Assembly (NCBI GenBank): GCA_963776275.1
Contig: CAVZMI010000020.1
Coordinates: 192,001 to 256,000 of the forward strand
Length of the DNA stretch: 64,000 nucleotides
Source of the DNA: Ignavibacteriota bacterium
GTDB lineage: Bacteria; Bacteroidota; Ignavibacteria; UBA10030; CAVZMI01
Direction of reading: 5' to 3'
Shown: piece by piece, positions 54,173-64,000 of the stretch
Layout: each line of letters opens with the position of its first letter
How positions within the stretch are numbered: position 1 is the stretch's first letter
Notes under the pieces: generated by a model
What the model was told of the DNA's origin: nothing
What the model saw: the letters and a program-made list of their open reading frames with translations, nothing else
Databases searched by the model: none
Translations under genes and position numbers: made by a program

Positions 54173-55729
54173 TTACTTATTCAATTTTTCTTTGAATGAT
54201 GCCGTAAATTCTTTTAAGACTTCCGTCAATGCTTTTGTCAATTCGTCTGTGAGCTCTTTTTTTGTCGCGATGTCATCGAGCAGTGCACGATGGTCTAAAT
54301 TCATCACTTCTAGAAATTCACGTTCGAATAGCTGGACTTCTTCAAGTGGAATTTCGTCGAGGAAACCGTTTGTCCCGGCAAAAATACTGACTACTTGGTT
54401 CTCAACCGTCATGGGTTCGTACTGTCCCTGTTTCAGAAGCTCGACAAGTCGCGATCCACGGCGCAATTGTTGCTGTGTAGATTTATCGAGATCCGAGCCA
54501 AATTTTACAAAGGCCTCAAGATCGCGGTATTGCGCAAGATCGATACGTAAACGACCGGCTACTTTCTTCATCGCCTTGATTTGCGCATTTCCACCCACGC
54601 GTGAAACAGAGATACCGACATCAATCGCCGGACGAACACCCGAGTTGAAAAGGTTCGATAAGAGATAGATCTGTCCGTCCGTAATCGAAATCACATTCGT
54701 CGGAATATAAGCCGAAACATCACCGGCCTGTGTTTCGATGACCGGCAGTGCCGTCAGACTCCCGCCTCCCAGTTCTTCATTGAGTTTGGAAGCGCGTTCA
54801 AGCAAACGTGAATGTAGATAGAAGATATCGCCTGGATACGCTTCGCGTCCCGGCGGACGCCTTAAGAGCAATGATACCTGACGGTAGGAAACCGCATGCT
54901 TCGAAAGATCGTCGTAGACTACCAGTGCATGCCGACCCGAATCCCGGAAAAATTCACCGAGTGTCACACCTGCATAGGGCGCTATGAATTGCATCGGTGC
55001 AGGATCACTCGCATTGGCGGCAATAACCGTGGTAAAGTCCATTGCTCCTTCCTCTTCGAACTTGCTTACTACCTGTGCAACCGTCGATCCTTTTTGCCCG
55101 ATCGCAATATAGATGCAATAGACAGGTTTGATTCCTTCTTTTTTTGCCTTTTCTGTATGGGTATGTTTCTGGTTGATGATCGTGTCGATTGCGATCGCTG
55201 TTTTTCCAGTCTGGCGGTCACCGATGATCAATTCACGCTGTCCCCGGCCGATCGGAATCATTCCATCGATCGCTTTGATACCCGTCTGGAGAGGTTCTTT
55301 AACCGGTTGGCGTTGAATTACACCAAGTGCTTTTCGCTCAATTGGTAAAAACTTCTCGGTCGTGATGGACCCTTTGCCGTCAAGCGGTTGACCGAGTGGA
55401 TTTATGACGCGTCCGAGCATCTGTTCACCGACAGGCATTGAAGCAAGCCGTCCGGTCCGCTTCACCGTATCGCCTTCCCGTATCAATGTTTCATCGCCAA
55501 AAAGAATACAGCCGACATTATCTTCTTCGAGGTTCAGCACCATACCGAATACGCTGTTTGGGAATTCGACAAGTTCACTTGCCATTACCTTCGATAATCC
55601 ATAAATACGTGAAATACCATCACCGACCTGGAGCACGGTACCGACATCGTACATATCGATTTCTTTTTCAAAACCGGCGAGCTGTTTTCGTATTATCGCC
55701 GATACTTCCTCTGGTCTGATTTCTGCCAT
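54173..55729 (-). CDS. atpA: ATP synthase F1 alpha
   Basis: [34 protein letters not shown]. Confidence 0.98.
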   Translation of the reverse strand: MAEIRPEEVSAIIRKQLAGFEKEIDMYDVGTVLQVGDGISRIYGLSKVMASELVEFPNSVFGMVLNLEEDNVGCILFGDETLIREGDTVKRTGRLASMPVGEQMLGRVINPLGQPLDGKGSITTEKFLPIERKALGVIQRQPVKEPLQTGIKAIDGMIPIGRGQRELIIGDRQTGKTAIAIDTIINQKHTHTEKAKKEGIKPVYCIYIAIGQKGSTVAQVVSKFEEEGAMDFTTVIAANASDPAPMQFIAPYAGVTLGEFFRDSGRHALVVYDDLSKHAVSYRQVSLLLRRPPGREAYPGDIFYLHSRLLERASKLNEELGGGSLTALPVIETQAGDVSAYIPTNVISITDGQIYLLSNLFNSGVRPAIDVGISVSRVGGNAQIKAMKKVAGRLRIDLAQYRDLEAFVKFGSDLDKSTQQQLRRGSRLVELLKQGQYEPMTVENQVVSIFAGTNGFLDEIPLEEVQLFEREFLEVMNLDHRALLDDIATKKELTDELTKALTEVLKEFTASFKEKLNK

Positions 55730-55740
55730 AATCTATCCTT

Positions 55741-56295
55741 TTAATTGCGCTCAGGTGTCCCCAGGACAAAACGCTCGCGGAGTCGTTCAAATTGTCGGCG
55801 TATACTTCCATCGAACACTGTGTCTCCTGCCCGTGCGATGAATCCTCCCTGGATACTTTTATCTATGCTGAACTTCATATGCACTTTTTTCCCTGAATAC
55901 TCTTCCAGTCTCACGACAAGTACCTTTTCCTGCGTTCCGGAAAATGGCACTGCGGTTTTCACATCGACGCTCATAATACCGAGCATCTCATTGTATAAAA
56001 AATAGAACTGAGTGATGATACCTGGAAGAACATTCTCGCGTCCTTTTTCGATCAACATATTGAGAAATGTAAATGTCATCGGATGAAGTTGCCTTGCGAA
56101 CAATTCGGCCGCAACTTTCCTTTTTTTCTCAATCGAAATAATCGGACTCGAGAGAAAGAGCCGAAACTCTTTTGTGTCTTGAAGAGTTGTTTCCAGGATT
56201 TGTATATCCCGTGTCACTTCTTCCAGCACATTCATTTCCTGTGCATTTTTAATCAATGCCGTCGCATAGCGTTTAGCAACTCTCATATCGCTCAT
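55741..56295 (-). CDS. atpH: ATP synthase F1 delta
   Basis: VAKRYATAL, IQGGFI...VFDGSIR; synteny. Confidence 0.92.
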   Translation of the reverse strand: MSDMRVAKRYATALIKNAQEMNVLEEVTRDIQILETTLQDTKEFRLFLSSPIISIEKKRKVAAELFARQLHPMTFTFLNMLIEKGRENVLPGIITQFYFLYNEMLGIMSVDVKTAVPFSGTQEKVLVVRLEEYSGKKVHMKFSIDKSIQGGFIARAGDTVFDGSIRRQFERLRERFVLGTPERN

Positions 56296-56307
56296 AGATC
56301 GTGTACC

Positions 56308-56793
56308 TTAATTCTTAGGGAGTTTTGCAAGCGCTTCGTCGATGATTTTTTTATGTTTTTTCTCATCGAGTGTTTCATTGAGAATTTTACTCGCGGTCGA
56401 AATAGCAAGATCGGCAACCTCCCCACGGAGCTGGGCGAGGGCACTTTCTTTCAACCGAAGAATTTCTTCCGCGGCTTCCTTGAGGTGTTTTTCCGCCCTT
56501 TGTCGTGCTTCCTGTTCAATTTCAATGCGCCTGCGTTCGGCATTCGTTTCGGCTTCTTTCATAATACGCCTTACTTCATCTGCAGCCCCGGCCATTTGCC
56601 GTTTGTTCTCTTCAAGAAGACGTTCAGCTTCTACCTTTGCCTGTTCAGATTTTTCAAGCGACGAGCGGACAGATTCCTCCCGTGCATGGAGCGCTTCAAG
56701 AAGCGATTTCCACGCAAACTTTCGTAAGAGGAACACTAAAAAAATAAACGTGATGATTGTCCAGAGAATCAGCCCTGGATTAATCTGTAACAT
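56308..56793 (-). CDS. atpF: ATP synthase F0 b
   Basis: INPGLILWTIITF TM plus coiled coil; synteny. Confidence 0.93.
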   Translation of the reverse strand: MLQINPGLILWTIITFIFLVFLLRKFAWKSLLEALHAREESVRSSLEKSEQAKVEAERLLEENKRQMAGAADEVRRIMKEAETNAERRRIEIEQEARQRAEKHLKEAAEEILRLKESALAQLRGEVADLAISTASKILNETLDEKKHKKIIDEALAKLPKN

Positions 56794-56834
56794 TGGATCA
56801 TCCCTTTCGTCACTTCAGACGATGTGTGATTACC

Positions 56835-57062
56835 CTATTTAGTAGCAAGAATAATGCAAATGACAAGCGCAAAGAAGGTTACTCCTTCAATCAACGATGC
56901 AGCGATTATCATCGAAAAACGAACTTGACCGGCAACTTCGGGTTGACGGCCGCTTGCTTCCATTGTGGCAGCGGCAAGTTTTGAGATTCCGTAAGCCGCA
57001 CCGATCACCGTTAATGCGGCACTGATACCTGCAGTGACATAACCGTAAACTAAATTTTCCAT
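56835..57062 (-). CDS. atpE: ATP synthase F0 c (likely H+-coupled)
   Basis: RQPE loop, LIEGV; lacks the ES/T Na+ signature. Confidence 0.95.
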   Translation of the reverse strand: MENLVYGYVTAGISAALTVIGAAYGISKLAAATMEASGRQPEVAGQVRFSMIIAASLIEGVTFFALVICIILATK

Positions 57063-57108
57063 GTGTATTCCTCCATCGTGAAATACGGCAAATGATTTTA
57101 TGAATGAA

Positions 57109-58050
57109 TTATTGATATGAATGTTCTTCCTCGTGCCCTCCCTGTATTCCGATCCCCATGAACAGGGCTGTCAGAATTGTAAAAATAAATGCCTGAAGAA
57201 GTGCAACAAGAAATTCAAGCAAATTGATGCCGAGCATAAACAGCACTGATGCCGGGGCAATTGCAAATGATCGAAACATGAAAATTAATCCCGCCAGCGA
57301 CACCAGTACAAGATGACCCGCTGTCATATTAGCAAAAAGACGGATACATAAGGCAAATGGTTTAGTGAATAAACCGATGATCTCAATCGGGATCAGAATT
57401 GGCCACAATGCCCAGTGGACGCCTCCTGTAAGATGAGCAAGATAATTCCCGAAACCCTGCTTTCTGATCGCAGCAACCTGTATCATACAAAATGCCACAA
57501 TTGCAAGTCCTGCCGTGATGTTGATATTGGCCGTGGAGCTGACCCCATAAGGAATTAGTCCCAGTAAATTCATCGTCAGAATAAAGAAAAATGTCGTCAG
57601 TAAATATGAAATATACTTCATCCCTTCCTGACCCATATTCGGCATCACGATTTCTTCCCGAATGAAGACGATGATGATTTCGATCAAATTTCCGATTCCC
57701 GTAGGGACTCTCCGATTTCTATTCTGCCGGGCCGCGGTTACTGCGATTGCGATCAAAACGAGCGCAGCAATCCACATATAAAAAACATGCTTTGTGATCG
57801 AGAGATCAATCGTTAATCCGAAAATATGAACCGGCGGGAACTGTGGAAATGAAAAATGAGCAAAAGGCTGAAATTCTACATCCCGGGAATCGAGAAGGTG
57901 ATGCAGGAGCTGTGCGAAAACATTTCCTTCGCTTCCTCCATGTTCGGCAGCTGCTCCTGCATGCCGGAGCGTATCGACCGCCACGGAATCGCGTATCGCG
58001 TGGGCTATGGGTTGCTGATATAATGAATCGAGAAGTGTGATGAACATCAT
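57109..58050 (-). CDS. atpB: ATP synthase F0 a
   Basis: NLLGLIP, KPFALCIRLFANMTAGH, LQAFIFTILT. Confidence 0.95.
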   Translation of the reverse strand: MMFITLLDSLYQQPIAHAIRDSVAVDTLRHAGAAAEHGGSEGNVFAQLLHHLLDSRDVEFQPFAHFSFPQFPPVHIFGLTIDLSITKHVFYMWIAALVLIAIAVTAARQNRNRRVPTGIGNLIEIIIVFIREEIVMPNMGQEGMKYISYLLTTFFFILTMNLLGLIPYGVSSTANINITAGLAIVAFCMIQVAAIRKQGFGNYLAHLTGGVHWALWPILIPIEIIGLFTKPFALCIRLFANMTAGHLVLVSLAGLIFMFRSFAIAPASVLFMLGINLLEFLVALLQAFIFTILTALFMGIGIQGGHEEEHSYQ

Positions 58051-58054
58051 CGAC

Positions 58055-58465
58055 TTATATATTTTTCGTACGGACTCGCAAGTGGATAAATATAACTTCC
58101 AGAATTAAATACAAGCCATAGAACGACAACAGCGATGCTGACAGCGGAATAATCGGAAGCCGGAATACCTTGATACAGATGAAAAAACCTCCGAGCAGTA
58201 CCGCCATTCGAATTACCATTCCCCCTAGAACGACCTTAAAAAACGTTGTATATGATTTACCGATGGAATATTCGATTGCCGCATATCCGAGAAGAACGTT
58301 TGCTGTACTCATCAATGTACCGGTGATAAGAGCAATGTTCGTTTCTCTTGATGTGTGCACTGCCATTGGGTATACACCACCGATGGCTGCAAGAACCAGT
58401 ATAGCGATTACTTGTTTGGGAAGCGAGGTCAGGAATCTTTTATATTGTGATTCCCTGTTTTCCAT
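58055..58465 (-). CDS. ATP synthase accessory AtpI-like membrane protein
   Basis: Four TM segments, GMVIRM motif, immediately upstream of atpB. Confidence 0.65.
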   Translation of the reverse strand: MENRESQYKRFLTSLPKQVIAILVLAAIGGVYPMAVHTSRETNIALITGTLMSTANVLLGYAAIEYSIGKSYTTFFKVVLGGMVIRMAVLLGGFFICIKVFRLPIIPLSASLLSFYGLYLILEVIFIHLRVRTKNI

Positions 58466-58722
58466 CGTTCATCCTCTCTTTTCCCAAGTTGAATGACTGT
58501 AATAAAAAATTTATATAAGGCACCCGCGATCCCAATCAGCGTCATCACGATCATACACCATGGCGCAGTACGGAATTTTCCGTCCAGCCAGCGACCGGCA
58601 AAGAAAAAAATGGTTACCGTTGCGGCAAGCTGAAAACCAATCGTAAGGTACGGGGCAAGCTGTTGAAGCACAGATTGTTTCGATTCTTTCCCCGAAGACG
58701 GGTCCTTATCGCACTGTGCCAT
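58429..58722 (-). CDS. AtpZ/AtpI family protein
   Basis: IGFQLAA...GRWLDGKF.TAPW motif. Confidence 0.75.
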   Translation of the reverse strand: MAQCDKDPSSGKESKQSVLQQLAPYLTIGFQLAATVTIFFFAGRWLDGKFRTAPWCMIVMTLIGIAGALYKFFITVIQLGKREDERWKTGNHNIKDS

Positions 58723-58745
58723 TGGTTTTTTCGTGGAGTGTGAAA

Positions 58746-59099
58746 TCACCCTTGCTGCCGTTGATCAGTCATGCGACAGTTGCCGTCAAATGATGCCCCC
58801 TCATCGACAATAAGCTTTGCTGCACGCACATCTCCCTTAATCGAGGCTTTTCCTTCAAAAACCAACTTCTCTCCTGCGTGAATATTGCCACGAACCTTGC
58901 CGCCCACCGTAATATTCCGGGCTGTGATGTTGCCTTCAACATCGCCGGTGATACCAATCGCAATGTTTTCGCTCACCGCAACCTCGCCGACGAGTTTTCC
59001 GTCGATTCGCATGCTTCCCTGGCTGCGGATTTTTCCTTCGATTGTCGTCCCAACCCCGATGAGGTTGAGATCCTTCACGCTGATTACTTTTTCAGCCAC
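58746..59099 (-). CDS. Bactofilin (polymer-forming cytoskeletal protein)
   Basis: IGVGTTIEG, RIDG, VEGNI, IVDEGASFDG.C.M beta-helix repeats. Confidence 0.9.
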   Translation of the reverse strand: MAEKVISVKDLNLIGVGTTIEGKIRSQGSMRIDGKLVGEVAVSENIAIGITGDVEGNITARNITVGGKVRGNIHAGEKLVFEGKASIKGDVRAAKLIVDEGASFDGNCRMTDQRQQG

Positions 59100-59120
59100 G
59101 GGCTTTCCTCCTTTTCAGAG

Positions 59121-60010
59121 TCAGAGATGGGCGTTAACAATATATTCAGCTGGATTACGCGGCATACCATTAAACCATACCTCAAAATGCAGATGAGGGC
59201 CAGTTGGCTTGTTATGCCGGAATTTCCCAATAATGCAATCGGTTCGCCGCGTTTGACCATGGTATTGCTTACAGTCAGTAATGCTTGATTATGTTTATAG
59301 AATGTCACAAAGCCATTATTATGAGCAATGATAACCATGTTACCATCGTCGACTGTCCACCCGGCAAAAATCACATGACCATCTGCCGCGGCATAGACTG
59401 CCGTGCCCACTTTCCCTGCTATATCAATACCAAAATGCCTTTTCGCTGAATCATACCCCCGCGTAATGAAACCCTGCGTGGGAAAACTCAGGGGAAGGCT
59501 CACCTCGCTATTTTGAATTTCAAGCGTCGTTCCCCGTCTAAATGACGAAAGCGTTCTCAGCGTTTCCGATTGCTGAATCGATGTCACTGGAAGACGTTCA
59601 TCTTCTATTGTAATCCCACCATATTGATTTTCTGTAGTGGGATTCTTATTTGCCGCTGTACTATCCTGTATTGTTTCATCGCCGAGGACTTTCCGGAGCT
59701 TGAAATTATATCCCTGTAAAATGAGCACATCACTGGTCACCCGATCGAGCTTTTCCTGCAGCAAAACAATTTTCCGTCCGTACTTTTCTTCAAGCGCAGG
59801 ATTCGTCACCGGGAGCAGAAGTGCCAGAGGAGTATAATTCAACAGTGCAAATGTAATCGATCCGATAATAATGAAAAGAACACAAACGATGATTGCCAGA
59901 ACCAGCGGCCTGACGCGAAACGTAGCAGTTTTTCCTGCATCATCATCCGGAATAACGACTATGTTATATTTCCGCGATTTTCTCTTATGGTGAACACTCT
60001 CGGAAGGCAT
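59121..60010 (-). CDS. M23 family peptidoglycan endopeptidase (frameshift at ~59203)
   Basis: TM + coiled coil, HFGIDI, YKHN; GPHLHFEVW...NP in a shifted frame ending at TGA 59121. Confidence 0.85.
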
Positions 60011-60053
60011 TCCATACCCTTTTCTGCTGTCCGCTGCAGTCCTTGCATCGTTG

Positions 60054-60082
60054 AATATATCGAACTTCGGGAAAATAGTCAA
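60054..60082 (-). promoter_or_regulatory. Sigma70-type promoter of M23-bactofilin-atp operon
   Basis: Minus strand TTGACT-17-TATATT. Confidence 0.6.
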
Positions 60083-60177
60083 TGAATTTCTCAATTCTCA
60101 ACAAAATTGAGAAATTTGAGGTTTGTTTTTTCAAAATATGACCCGAATGGCATCTTGACTTTTATGGTATTACTGTC

Positions 60178-61654
60178 TCAGAATTTTTCTCCTGTCAACC
60201 TTCGCCCCTGTTCATGCAGAAGTACCCATGCACGTTTTACATGAGTTTCTGTCGTCCGCAGATTTCCAATCGCCATCCTTATAGTATATTTCCCATTCAA
60301 TTTTGTATGCGAGAGAAAAACTTCACCGGTTGAATTCACAGCTGTTAGTAGTTTTTCATTAAGCTCGTTTAAATACTCTTCTCGGTTCATAACATTCTGT
60401 GGTATTATAGACGGGACATAACGGAAACACACGACACTGAATGGAGCCGGTGCCAGTAATTCAAAGTTCACATCTTCCTCCACCCATTTTTTAAAAATCT
60501 GCCCGAGTTCGATATGACCCTGTAACCGTTCGCGTAATCCTTCGGCACCAAAATACCGTATCACCATCCACAATTTGAGTGCCCTGAACCGCCGGCCGAG
60601 TTGAATTCCATAATCCATATAATTAATCACACGGTCTTCTTCCGTAGTACGAAGATACTCAGGAACCAGACTGAATGCACGACGCAGAATCTCGGGTTTA
60701 CGACAATATAATACACTGAGATCGATCGGGACAAAAAGCCACTTATGCGGATTCACAACAAGAGAATCGGCCCGATCAACCCCGGCGAGTGCCCATTCCA
60801 TTCCTGGAATCATTCCCGAGACCCCCGCATATGCACCATCCACATGAAGCCACAGATTGTACCGGGCTGCAACGTCGGCGATATACGGAATAGGATCGAC
60901 GCTGGTTGTCGATGTCGTGCCGACAGTTGCAACAATACAAAACGGTTTGCGCCCCGCGGCAATATCCTCTTGAATTGCTTTCTCCAGCAAATCAACCCGC
61001 ATTCTGAACTCGGCATCAACCGGAATTTTGCAGACTCCTTCCTGACCGATACCCAGCACAATTGCCCCTTTCTCAATCGATGAATGCGCCTGATCTGAAG
61101 TATAAAGTCGCAGCTGCGGAAGATCCGTTCGTCCGGCCATTCCTTTCTCTCGAATCTTGGCGTCTATTGCCTCACGAGCAGCGGCAATTGCGACAAGGCT
61201 TGATACCGAGGCCGTATCATTAATAATGCCGAATAGTCCTGAGGGAAGTTTTAGAAGCTGACGAAGCCAATCGAGTACGACGTATTCAAGCTCAGCCGCC
61301 GCAGCGTCCGGTCTTCCACAGCATTGCATTGGTGTTGAATGCAGCGCTGAGAAGTTCGCCGAGAATACCCGGTCCGCTTGCCGTGATGCCGAAGTATGCA
61401 AAGAACCCGGGGTGATTCCAGTGCGTGAGTCCGGGAGCGATTATCCTTGTCAGATCCTCGATCACAGCATCAATTGTCTCGGGTTTCTCCGGTGGAGTCG
61501 ATGGAAATGCTGATTGAATATCGCCCGGCTTGACCTGTGCAAGGACATTATATCGTTCGGGATGCGCAAGATAATCAGCTACCCAATCAACAAGCAAATG
61601 TCCATACCTCCGGAAAACTTCCGGATCCATATCGGTAGAGTGTGTCGGTATCAT
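60178..61654 (-). CDS. PLP-dependent aromatic L-amino acid decarboxylase family protein (frameshift at ~61305)
   Basis: THWNHPGFFAYF, AMLWKTG|PAAAELE, AHSSIEK, GTTSTTSVD, HVDGAYAG, NPHKW, GRRFRALKLW. Confidence 0.9.
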
Positions 61655-62481
61655 GGAATTAATGAACGCGTGATTTTCATCGACTGCGTCGTTGGTATGA
61701 CCATCGGTGTCTGACCCGTCGTTGCTATTGTCATTTCCATATCGACGTTTGACTCGGAAGCAACGACAATTCCTTGAGCCGGATTGAAGAAAATCATTCC
61801 ATCTGTTTTTCCCGTTCCTTCAATATGAAGATCCATTCCCATCATCGATCCTTTTCCTGCAATTGTAAACTTCCCAGTTGATGCTATTGTAAAACAATCG
61901 TATCCGTTTTTCATTTCTTTCCCGACAATTTTATATTCTTCCTTCGTATCAGTGATAAGTTTTCCGCCAAATTGCTTTTGTTCTACTGTATCAATCGTTG
62001 AGGCGTTCCACGTTGATCCTATGGTGACAGGATTTTCACCCAACAGCGGATAATGTCCTAGCTGGTTTTGCATCGATTCCCCCTCTTCGCCCTCCGTGAC
62101 ATTTAACGATGCAAAATTACTCACTCTTCCGTTTTTCGCAACATTCATGCGGAATTTTTTCCCGATTACATTAGTCGGAGTTTGAGTTGTATCCATCCCC
62201 GGCGCTTTCACCGACATTACGGCAGAATCAGTCGATGCAATCAACACCATCGAACCATCCGGATTCAGAGAATCACCCATTACGCGGACAACATTTATGC
62301 CTTGTATTTCGGTTTTTATTTCCCGTCCCATCATCTCCTGCGTCGATTTTGCCTCCAAAATATCTCGATAACGATAGGTTTTACCTTTTTCAAATTTGTA
62401 CTCAAGCTTAATACCCTGCGCATAGACCACCATCGACATGACAACACACATAATCAACATGATGTTCACTGCTTTTTTCAT
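61651..62481 (-). CDS. Exported hypothetical protein (DUF6263-like)
   Basis: Signal peptide then LEYKFEKGKTYRY; PVTIGSTW. Confidence 0.55.
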   Translation of the reverse strand: MKKAVNIMLIMCVVMSMVVYAQGIKLEYKFEKGKTYRYRDILEAKSTQEMMGREIKTEIQGINVVRVMGDSLNPDGSMVLIASTDSAVMSVKAPGMDTTQTPTNVIGKKFRMNVAKNGRVSNFASLNVTEGEEGESMQNQLGHYPLLGENPVTIGSTWNASTIDTVEQKQFGGKLITDTKEEYKIVGKEMKNGYDCFTIASTGKFTIAGKGSMMGMDLHIEGTGKTDGMIFFNPAQGIVVASESNVDMEMTIATTGQTPMVIPTTQSMKITRSLIP

Positions 62482-62498
62482 ATATCCTCCTGAGAAAA

Positions 62499-64000
62499 TT
62501 ATTTAGGTGTAATATGATAATATTCATGTTCGTCGGCAATATGCATGACCGTTCGGAACACGAGCCGTGCAACACGGGCTAATTTATAATAGTTGATACG
62601 ATTTGATTCGTCACTCACCTGATGGTAGTCGGCATGTAGCCCGCTGTGATAGAAAAGAATCGGGATTTTCTTCTGAATAAAAGGCCCCTGATCGCCGCTG
62701 AATAGAAAATATTCCTGTGAATATCCAAATTTAAAGCCAACATAGCGATTTTCCGCCTGTGTAATCCTGACAATATCCGGACTGATGGAATATCCGATCA
62801 GGTACAGACTGTCGATACTGTTACGGCCGATCATGTCGAGGTTCAGCATTGCAACGGTTCTATCAAGGGGGTACAGCGGATTTCCGACGTACGCCAGAGA
62901 ACCGAGAAGCCCTTCTTCTTCTCCGGCAAAAGCGATAAAAAGAATGCTTCGTTTCGGCTTTTGCTCCAATGTCCCGAATGCTTTTGCGAGAGCCATCATT
63001 CCACTCGTCCCCGATGCATTATCATCGGCGCCGTTATAGATAGAATCCTGTCCGATCGCGACTCCTTTCTTATATCCAACATGATCGTAATGAGCACCGA
63101 TTATAAGCATTTCGTTTTTCAATTCCGGATCAGAGCCCTCACAGTATCCGAGTACATTCTGTGTCGTGAATTTCCTTATTGTTGTAGAAGTTTTTACATA
63201 ACCGTTTGCGCCCGAAATGGAAAACGACTGAGGAGTCATTGTACTGTCGATGCGAGCCTGAAGTGCTTTCAATGTCTCAATGCTTCCGAAGAGTTGCTTA
63301 ATAACTTCAGTACCGATATGCACCACAGGTATTTTTTTCGACTCTTCGACGCCGAGTGTCATCGGCAGCGCATCGACTGGTATTACCTTCGACAGTGACG
63401 GCCAGGGAAAACCTCGCGGTATTAGATTACTGTGATTCAAAGGATCGGTAACAACCAAAAGAGCAGCCGCACCATGCTCCATCGCAATGCCGGCTTTTTT
63501 GTCAACATTCGAATACTGGGTTGAATTTTTTCCGTCGAACCTGGAATTCGGATCTTCCTCACACGGTTCATGCCGGAGAACAACAACGATTTTTCCCCGT
63601 ACATCGATTTTTGCATAATCATCATACTGATACTCCGGCGCAGTAATTCCATATCCCGCAAAGACGATTGATCCTGATGCGTCTCTGTTTGCGGTCATCT
63701 CAAACGGAACAAATTCACTTTTCAATGTATATGATTGTTCCTTACCATCCTTCGTTATGCGGAGACGGTTATCATTCCCGAGATTGATAATGTTCAATCC
63801 AAACTGCTGAAAATAACTCCCACGGAACGCTTCGAGACCGTCGGATTTAAATTCATCGGCAATAAATTGGGCGGCCGAATTGAGTTGCGAACTTGGAGTA
63901 TTACGTCCCATCATCGAATCGGAAGCCAGAACATCGACATAACGCTTCACGAGAGAGGCAGTGACGACATCCAGTCCCCGATCTTCATCCTCCACCGATC
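62499..64000 (-). CDS. M28 family peptidase with PA domain (5' truncated)
   Basis: LASDSMMGR, VFAGYGI, GAHYDHVG, NGADDNASG, GEEEGLLGS, NLDMIGR, YHQVSD. Confidence 0.9.
   Translation of the reverse strand, partial: SVEDEDRGLDVVTASLVKRYVDVLASDSMMGRNTPSSQLNSAAQFIADEFKSDGLEAFRGSYFQQFGLNIINLGNDNRLRITKDGKEQSYTLKSEFVPFEMTANRDASGSIVFAGYGITAPEYQYDDYAKIDVRGKIVVVLRHEPCEEDPNSRFDGKNSTQYSNVDKKAGIAMEHGAAALLVVTDPLNHSNLIPRGFPWPSLSKVIPVDALPMTLGVEESKKIPVVHIGTEVIKQLFGSIETLKALQARIDSTMTPQSFSISGANGYVKTSTTIRKFTTQNVLGYCEGSDPELKNEMLIIGAHYDHVGYKKGVAIGQDSIYNGADDNASGTSGMMALAKAFGTLEQKPKRSILFIAFAGEEEGLLGSLAYVGNPLYPLDRTVAMLNLDMIGRNSIDSLYLIGYSISPDIVRITQAENRYVGFKFGYSQEYFLFSGDQGPFIQKKIPILFYHSGLHADYHQVSDESNRINYYKLARVARLVFRTVMHIADEHEYYHITPK

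Noticed and set aside
53952-56842. Long antisense ORFs over atp genes (likewise over ftsH)
   Set aside because: Shadow frames of conserved genes with no recognisable motifs
56835-57062. Na+-translocating or N-type ATPase
   Set aside because: c subunit has IEGV rather than ES/T, atpH is present and gene order is F-type
1766-61654. Genome decay or phase variation explaining the frameshifts
   Set aside because: No independent nonsense mutations, truncations or simple-sequence tracts at the breaks

Overview
Gene-dense chromosomal window from an FCB-superphylum bacterium, most likely Ignavibacteria-like. This is inferred from T9SS sprA/porV, a Bacteroidota/Chlorobi-type RNAP omega subunit, an atp operon lacking atpDC, and canonical TTGACA-17-TATAAT promoters. 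It is mostly housekeeping: tilS-hpt-ftsH-hisG, tmk-S41 protease, ECF sigma, sprA/lptFG, a flippase-porV-led outer-membrane operon, rqcH, yicC-gmk-rpoZ-coaBC-udg-dnaB, nfo, an NCS2 permease, trpB2, M23-bactofilin-atp, an aromatic amino acid decarboxylase and an M28 peptidase. I saw no rRNA, tRNA, CRISPR array, transposase or prophage. Notable signals: (1) nine frameshifts in eight otherwise intact genes fall at or next to (restorable) GGWCC pentamers, probably a sequencing-error footprint of DNA modification at GGWCC; (2) an unannotated Trp-rich leader peptide/attenuator upstream of trpB2; (3) two structured, switch-like 5' leaders, before flippase-porV and before tilS; (4) a T9SS-linked operon with a catalytically dead M6 protease; (5) a DnaA-box cluster before the dnaB-containing operon; (6) a nested REP-like repeat family. 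All product calls come from motif recognition; no database searches were run.
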